Source of the DNA: Eledone cirrhosa | Taxonomy: Eukaryota | Assembly: GCA_964016885.1 (NCBI GenBank) | Contig: OZ024743.1 | Span: forward strand, 364,064,001-364,128,000 | Direction: 5' to 3' | DNA length: 64,000 bases | Shown: positions 55,290 through 64,000 of the stretch, one piece after another | Layout: each line of letters begins with the position of its first letter | Numbering within the stretch: the first letter of the stretch is position 1 | Notes under the pieces: model-generated | Told to the model about the DNA's origin: nothing | Seen by the model: only the letters and a program-made list of their open reading frames with translations | Databases searched by the model: none | Program-made: the position numbers and the translations under genes

Positions 55290-56104
55290 CGGGGTAACAA
55301 ATAATTGTTATATGCAGTGCACTTAGGTGTAGTCCAGTTATGGTACTCCGGGTAGTGGATGATATCAACGCTTGGCTAAGTTTGACTCAACAAGGCGTTT
55401 CCATAGTGATGCTGCGAGTACGCTTTAATTCCTATGTTGTAAACACTTGGAGTAATAATAAATCAGGAAAGAAGAGTGACACGGTTTGCTATACAAAAAA
55501 GGTTTTTAATCTCATTGCTGACAATTGTTTCTCTGAACTGGTAGGTCTAGAGATCGCTATCCGCTTATTTTCGCGTTACTCGATCGCCAAATCAAAGTTA
55601 TAACCAGTCAGTTCATCGGAATTTGCGAGAATGAAGAGAATATACAGGCTACTATATGTAGTAGTAATGGCATTCAGTTAGAACAATAACAACAATGCTA
55701 GCAATAAATTATTTTAAATAATCACATCAGTCTAGGTGGGAAGTATAGTATATCTATGAATTTAGCGTGTAAAACTAGCTGACATGAGGCAGATGTATAG
55801 AATTGACATGTAGAAACTGTCGTAGGGTGTATTATATCAAGTGTAAAGATAATCTGGTGTTTTTAAACAATGTAGGTCAGGTGGCCGTAATAGTCGGTTT
55901 TTATCTGACCGATGAAGTATTTATCACTGTAGTGGAATTTGTGTGGTCTATATTAGATGAGAGGACTGTCTATCTTTCTCATCCTCAATAACATACATGT
56001 ATAAGACAACACTAACAAAGCTAAATAATGGGCAAGTTAATACAGAGGTTAAGGAGGCAATATACATATACACATACATATATATACACACACACACGCA
56101 CACA

Positions 56105-56148
<44 letters not shown>

Positions 56149-56895
56149 CACACACATACATACAAATACATACATACATACATACAAAGAGAAAACATGC
56201 TGACTATAATTATAGCAAGAGGAAGGTAAAGTTATGTTGTAGTAGTATTTTGAAATGTTCTTGGATTTAGGATCAAGTGGTGACAGCAGCTGAGAAGAGA
56301 TAAGTTTATGGGTTGATGAGGTACTTACAGACATTTGTGTGGTATAGAACTAAGAAGGCTAAAATGTACTTAATGATTATATTTCTGTGTTGATTCGTGC
56401 AGAGTAGTGGGTATCCTAGTTGAAAGCTATGTTACGTCGGTTCGATTCACGGAGGTTTAAATCTTATGAATTTAGTGGCGATCCTGTGTCTGCAGAAGAT
56501 TGATCTTTCTAACTTGTTGTTAAGTAGCCTTTTTACATTTCTAAGGATATACAGTAGTTCTAGATCACATAGCCTACAGTGGGACATACCTGTACTGTAG
56601 GTTTTAGCAGCCGACAACTTCGACCAGTTGATACTGTAGCTAGTGTTGTTGTCCTTCAGTTCCCATATTTTTTTGGCGAGGGTTGTAGAACCCATAAGTG
56701 CACGATTTTTCATCGAGTGCCTGTGCACATACCATATTTTTTTTAAAAGTTATAACTTTGTATTGGCGATCGAGTAACGCGAAAATAAGCGGGTAGCTAT
56801 CTCTAGACCTACCAATTCAGAGAAACAATTGTCAGCAATTAGATTAAAAACCATTTTTGTATAGCAAACCGTGTCACTCTTCTTTCCTGATTTAT
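55290..56895 (-). mobile_element. 5'-truncated PLE: GIY-YIG C-terminus (56447-56735), long 3' UTR, HHR-like motif at 55514-55625, inverted partial pLTR at 56749-56895
   Basis: STTLAKKIWELKD..YSINWS...CRLCDLE...LLNNKLE...CRH; 55458-55604 versus 56749-56895 inverted; CCGATGA-ctgactggt/accagttcag-GAAA-caattg-TC. Confidence 0.85.
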
Positions 56896-56942
56896 ATATA
56901 TATATAATATATATATATATAATATATATATATAATATATAT

Positions 56943-59900
56943 ATCATCATCATCATCATCACCGTTTTACGTCCGTTCTTCCAAGCTAGCATGGGTTAGA
57001 CGGGTTGTCCTGTTGTGGGCAGTGTCTGGTCGGCTGACCATGCCTTGCTCATACAGGAACTGATTTGGCTTGATTTCTACAGCTGGATGCCCTTCCTAAC
57101 ACCAACCTCATTTACAGTGAGTGGTGGGTGCTTTTTCGTGGCGCCTACACGTCCACTTTACAGTGTGGGCTGGGTGCTTTTTGCCGTGGCACCTCCACGA
57201 CCGCCTTGCGGTGGTGGGGGGGGGGCATATTGTCTGTATGCTTCAGCTTGTACCCATGGGAGGTCGGGTACTCTGTAATACTGCGTGGCGCCAGAGGTCA
57301 CGGTCGTGTGTCATTGCCTTTGAGAGGTGTAATTGGGTAAGGTCGGCTTTTATCACCTCATCCCAGGGCATCTTGGGTCTCCCCACTCCGCAGTTTCCAT
57401 CAGCTTCTAGTGCTCTGCACCTTTTTATGCAGCTGTCATCCTTCATAAGCATCACATGTCCATACCAGTGCAACCGCCTCTCCTGCACACACCATTTTAT
57501 TCCTCTTATGCTCAGTCTCTCTCTCAATTATTTTATGATTTGTCGTTCACGTATATTACTGTTACACATCCATCGGAGCATGCAGGCTTCGTTTCTCTCT
57601 AATCTACGTAAATCTTCCACCTTCAGCGCCCAGGTCTCACTACCATGCAACATTGCTGTTCGGATACACGCAACATACAGTCTGCCTTTCATTCTGAGGG
57701 AGAAGCCTTTTGCAGCTAGCAGTGGTAGTAGTTCCCTAAACTTCTTCCATCCCGTTCTTACCCTAGTTATTGTACTTTCTGAACACCCACCTCCGCTGCT
57801 AATTCGGTCACCTAGGTAGCAGAAGCTGTCTACTGTTTCTACAGAGCCCTCCCAGAGATTGGTGGTACTTGTTTCCTGTGGCTGTTTGCTGCTTGCTGTC
57901 CCAGCACAGCTGCTGCATGTGAAGCCTACATTCTTAATTAAGCTTCCTGAGATCCCGCTACATCTCTTGTGTACCCATTGTTTGCATTTGGGGCAGAGAA
58001 TGGAGTTCCTACCTACTGAGCAAGGCCATTTCCCTGAGGGGATCTGGGTTCTGTTTTCTCGTCTACTTACAAGGACCTTAGTCTTTGTCATGTTGACTTT
58101 GAGACCCTTTCTTTCTAGTCCCTGCTTCCAAGTTTGGAATTTTTTCTCTAGTTCTACCATAGATTCAGCTATGAGTGCGAGGTCATCCGCATACAGGAGT
58201 TCCCATGGTCATCCGGTCTTAAACTCCTCCGCTATTGCCTGCAGGACTATGATGAACAGGAGGGGCTAAGAACAGAGCCCTGGTGGACCCCAACCTGTAC
58301 GCAAAATTCATCGCTATACTCATTGCTAATCCTAACTTTGCTGACTGCTCCCCTATACATGGCTTGTACCGCTTTCACAAGCCATTCATCTACTCCTAGT
58401 TTTCTAAGAGCCCACCAGATTACAGCACGTGGAACTCTGTCAAAGGCTTTCTCAAGGTCGACAAATTCCAAGTAGAGTGGCTTACTTTTAGCTAGGTACT
58501 TTTCCTGTAACTGCCTCACAAGGAAGAGGGCATCAGTGGTGCCTCTTCCTGGTACAAACCCAAATTGCATCTCGTCTATTTTCACCCGGTCCCTAATCAA
58601 CTGTGCTATAACTCTTTCTGTTACTTTCATGACCTGGTCCATCAACTTCATACCTCTATAGTTTCCTCTATCTAGTGCATCGCCTTTACCTTTGTAGCAG
58701 TTGACAATGATGCTACTGCACCAATCTTTTGGTATGACACCTTCTAGTATTACCTGGTTAACAATACGTGTGATTATAGTGTGACCTACAGACCCAGATG
58801 CCTTCAGCATCTCGGCAGCTATACCCGATGGACCGGTTGCCTTCCCCATCTTCATATCTTTGATTGCCTTACTTACTACGTTGCTGCTGACTTGTACTGC
58901 TGGCCCCTCTATAGGGTCTACGTGGGGTAGGGTCTCTTCTTCCCATGCATTCTCCTCATTTAGTAATCTATCATAATGACTCTTCCATGCATCTTTCTTC
59001 TCAGCACTTATGAGGGCAAGCTCACCTTTATCATTCCGGATACACTTCTCTCCAATGACATCACAACTATCTCTGACACACTGCCTCGCAATCTTGAATA
59101 CCTCCTGTTGTGTCTGGTCCTCACGTTGCAAAACAGGCTTGAATTTTCTATCCTCTGCTTCCCTCCTAGCTAAGTATACTTGTCGCCTACCTTCCCTCTT
59201 GGTCTCTATCTAATGTACCCTGCTCCCCCCGTTCTTCCATTCTTTCCATGCCTGTCTCTTGGCCTTAACTGCTTCATCTACCTTATTGTTCCACCACCAA
59301 GTCACTCTCCTCCTGCTTGAGGTCTTACTCCAGCCACAGACCTCATCCGTCGCCTCTAGTAAATTACTTTTTAGGAACTCCCAGTTCTCTTCTACATTAA
59401 ATGTCTTTATCTGTTCTTCTTTACTGTCGTAGGCGTTGAGTAAAATATCTTTAAATCTGTTACTGGTTGAGGGGACTTTCAGCTTCCAGATCTTTCTTCT
59501 CCAGGTTGGCCTCTGTTTCCAGGTTCGTCTAGTTCTGACCGTGAGGTCGCTGACAACTAAGCTATGTTGGGATGTACATTCCTCACTAGGGAAGGCTTTT
59601 GTGTTTACGACCGTCCATCTGTCACGTCCTCTGATGAGGATAAAATCTATCTGACTGGAGTGCTCCCCTGATCTATAGGTGATCAGGTGGTTGTCGGGTT
59701 TTTTAAAGTTTGTGTTACATATCGACATGTCATTGGCGTCGCAGAATTCTAGAAGTCTGAATCCTTCCTCATTTCTTGTGCCAACCCCATGGCCTCCATG
59801 TACTCTATTGAAGCCGTCGCAGTGTTTACCTACATGTCCGTTAAAATCTCCTGCGATGATTAGGAAGTCATTGTCGTCTGTTAGAGCAGTAGTGTGCATT

Positions 59901-60490
59901 AAAGACTCGTAAAACCTATCCTTAAGTTCGTCTGGCAGCCCCGATTGGGGTGCGTAAGCTGATATTATTGTGGTAATTGTTTTATTCAGGACTAGTCTGA
60001 GTTTAATGATTCTTGCATTTACCCTGTACACTGAGATTACTTTATCTACCCACTTGTCAGCTAGCAGTATACCTACATCACCCATCCCATCGTCATTTCC
60101 CACCCAGAAAAATTTGTAGCACCGACTTTTTCCTACCAGGACTCTGGCAGACTCCTCTCCATCTAGTCTCTTGCACACAGCATACATCAATTTCCTTTCG
60201 CTCTAGCATTTCTACGATTTCTCCTGCTCTTCCTTTCATTGAGCCTACATTGATGGTACCAACTCGGAGTTTTGGGCATTTGTCGACACTCGTAGGGAAG
60301 GGTCTCTGGGTTGGCGCTTCACATGGGTGCTTGGTAGCTCGCAGATTCATATTTCATCTATTGATTCAGAGTTGCTCAAATTTATTCTCAGCTCATCCAT
60401 CCATAACGGTGGGAAAATTGAGGGCTAGAAGAACAGTGGTGGTGGGATAATGGCAGGGTGTGTTGGGCTGCGACAGGGGAGGAGAGAGTT
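56943..60490 (-). mobile_element. Near full-length RTE-clade LINE (APE endonuclease + RT + Cys-rich insert), inactivated by about two stops and two frameshifts; (ATG)n 3' tail
   Basis: RVGTINVGSM, CCVQETRW, ISAYAPQ, AGDFNGHVG, QIDFIL, SQH; NYRGMKL, QFGFVPGRGTTDA, FVDLEKAFDRVP, GVHQGSVLSP, LYADDL, FCYLGD, LHGSETW, LHWYGHV, GRPKMPW. Confidence 0.93.
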
Positions 60491-60496
60491 AGTTAG

Positions 60497-60560
<64 letters not shown>

Positions 60561-60894
60561 CAGTAGCAGCAGAAAAAAATGGCATACTGAGGTTTGATTG
60601 GTCGAATAGGCTATGGTGGTGTGAGGGGTGCGTGGGAGGGAAATTGTGAGGTAGGCACTGAGGGTTGCCGTCAAGGCTAACAAACTTAAATAACCGATAG
60701 AATAGAATACCGCGTGGCAAATAGCCGAAATAATATAGCAAAAACAGCAATAATATTAATAATAATAGCGTCATAAGAGCTAAGATACCTTCGAAAAATT
60801 TGTATGGATGGGTGGCTGGAATGAATCTAAATCAACTCTAGTGATTCATTTTAGCAGATAGGATAAAGTGTCTTATCTCTTCAATAGCTTCATA

Positions 60895-61594
60895 TTATAT
60901 ATATATTATATATATATAACATATAAATATATAATATATATGTATATAATATATATATATATAATATATATGTATATAATATATATATATATAATATATA
61001 TTTATATAATATATATTTATATAATATATATTTATATAATATATATTTATATAATATATATGTATATAATATATATGTATATAATATATATGTATATAAT
61101 ATATATGTATATAATATATATGTATATAATATATATGTATATAATATATATATATATAATATATATATATATAATATATATGTATATAATATATATATAT
61201 ATATATAATATATATATATATAATATATATTTATATAATATATATGTATATAATATATATATATAATATATATATATAATATATATGTATATAATATATA
61301 TGTATATAATATATATGTATATAATATATATGTATATAATATATATGTATATAATATATATATATATAATATATATATATATAATATATATATATATATA
61401 ATATATATATAATATATATAATATATATATATATAATATATATATATAATATATATATATATAATATATATATGTATATAATATATATATATAATATATA
61501 TATGTATATAATATATATATGTATATAATATATATATGTATATAATATATATATATATATAATATGTATATGTATATATATATATATATATATG

Positions 61595-61638
<44 letters not shown>

Positions 61639-61789
61639 TATATATATAATATATATATATATAATATATATATATATAATATATATATATATAATATATA
61701 TATATATAATATATATATATATATAATATATATATATAATATATATATATATAATATATATATATATAATATATATATATATGATATAT

Positions 61790-61832
<43 letters not shown>

Positions 61833-62619
61833 TATATATAATATATATATATATAATATATATATAGATATAATATATATATATATAATATATATATATA
61901 TAATATATATATATAATATATATATATAATATATATATATATAATATATATATAGATATAATATATATATATAATATATATATATATAATATATATATAT
62001 ATATAATATATATAATATATATATATATATATAATATATATAATATATATATATTATATATAATATATAATGTATATATAATAATATATATAATATACAT
62101 AATATAAATATATATGTAATATATATATATATATATATGATATATATATATATATATATGATATACATAATATATATATGTAATATATATATATATATAT
62201 ATGATATATATAATATATATATATATGATATATATAATATATATATAAGATATACATAATATATATATATGTAATATATATAATATATATATATATGATA
62301 TATATAATACATATATATATGATATATATAATAATATATATAATATATATATGATATATATATATATAATATATATATAATATATAATATATATATGATA
62401 TATATATGATATATATGATATATATATGATATATATATATAATATATATAATATATATATATATGATATATATATATATATATATATATGATATATATAA
62501 TATATATATAAGATATACATAATATATATATATGTAATATATATAATATATATATATATGATATATATAATACATATATATATGATATATATAATACATA
62601 TATATGATATATATATATG

Positions 62620-62653
<34 letters not shown>

Positions 62654-62830
62654 ATATATATATATGATATATATATGATATATATATATATAATATATAT
62701 ATATAATATATAATATATATATATATAAAATATATATATATATAATATATATATATAAAATATATATATATAATATATATATATAAAATATATATATATA
62801 AAATATATATATATAATATATATATATAAA

Positions 62831-62864
<34 letters not shown>

Positions 62865-63232
62865 ATATATATATATAATATATATATATATAATATATAT
62901 ATATATAATATATATATATATATAATATATATATATATAATATATATATATATATAATATATATATATAAAATATATATATAATATAATATATATATATA
63001 TAAAATATATATTATATAATATATATATATATATAATATATATATATATAATATATATATATATAATATATATATATATAATATATATAATATATATATA
63101 TATATAATATATATAATATATATATATAAAATATATATATATAAAATATATATATATAAATATATATATATATAATATATATATATATAATATATATAAT
63201 ATATTTATATATGATATATATATATATATAAT

Positions 63233-63269
<37 letters not shown>

Positions 63270-63310
63270 GATATATATATATATATAATATATATATAAT
63301 ATATATATAT
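60895..63310. repeat. Compound (TA)n array with AA, GA and GT interruptions
   Basis: TATATATAA-type units. Confidence 0.97.
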
Positions 63311-63370
63311 GTGCCCCAGCACGGCCTCAGCCGGGTGGCTGAAACAGGTAAAAGAGAGAGGTAAAAGAGT
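63311..63370 (+). mobile_element. Isolated retroposon 3' tail related to the LINE end at 4213-4260
   Basis: gtgccccagcacggcctcagccgggtggctgaaacaggtaaaag versus ggtgcccaagcatggcttcaaccggatggctggaacaggtaaaag. Confidence 0.7.
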
Positions 63371-63419
63371 AATATGAAATATATATATATAATATATATA
63401 TATATGATATATATATATA

Positions 63420-64000
63420 ATATATAATAATGAAATGACAGGAGGCTGAATTTGTGTAAATTCTTGAAAGATTTATTATACTATGATCATTTCAATGGCC
63501 GGGTTCCGTATGAATCCGGTGATATCATCAGGTATTCGAAATATAATACGTGAATGTAATAGATAAAATCCATGGGTCTGAAAATCGAGGACCCGAGGGC
63601 GACCGCTATTCTGCTCCTTCAACCTCAGCCGGTGGCCCTCGAGTGACGTGGCTAAAGTTTACAGTGTGCTACTACCGGTCAGATAAACGAAAACAGGAAG
63701 GGATGGGAACATAAGTTAGCGTCAACTCATGCCACAAGATAAAAGAAAGAAAGAAAGGAAGGAGAGAGAAGAAGGGGGAAGGAAGAATAAGGGAAGCCAG
63801 GGTTAATGTCAGCTATAAGAAGAAAGACAACTACTACCGGTCAGATATAGGCAAACAAAAGGGGGAAGGAAGATAAGTCGAGTATTTTCATTTACCGAAA
63901 GAAAGAAGGAGAAATTTATTTTTCCAAGCAGTCCATGTAAGCCCGTGCGCCAGGGGGCTGGTCGCGCCGACATTAAAACCCACCCAACAGTCCGACAGAA
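63420..64000 (-). mobile_element. PLE-type 3' region with canonical-core HHR at 63478-63535
   Basis: atac-CTGATGA-(ccgg/ccgg stem II)-GAAA-tgatca-TA-gtat; homologous to 26570-27800. Confidence 0.8.

Noticed and set aside
57121-60450. Plus-strand ORFs over the RTE element, and plus-strand ORFs at 12228-13132
   Set aside because: Antisense shadows of retroelement coding sequence

Overview
Eukaryotic, very AT-rich, repeat-only window with no host gene that I can support. The SINE types and the (TA)n/(CA)n load suggest a coleoid cephalopod such as Octopus (inference). Most long ORFs in the track are microsatellite translations. Real coding remnants are all from transposons: an R4/Dong-like non-LTR element, a CR1-like LINE, an RNase H-bearing I-group LINE remnant, RTE LINEs (one near full length, one 5'-inverted with a 12-bp TSD), Tc1/mariner fragments, Helitrons, Meta- and CORE-type tRNA SINEs, and many Penelope-like elements (PLEs), one of them nearly intact (37435-40735). 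The main hidden signal lies in the short unique islands between (TA)n arrays. They are PLE pseudo-LTR (pLTR) pieces carrying about 30 type I hammerhead ribozyme (HHR) motifs in at least a dozen sequence families, all found by eye. Many have non-canonical cores that recur across copies or families (CAGAAGA, CCGANGA, U3-A8 covariant TTGANAA) or very long stem/loop II. They are often arranged as head-to-head fold-backs with one short arm and one tailed arm, both usually ending in (TA)n. Ribozyme activity is predicted, not shown.
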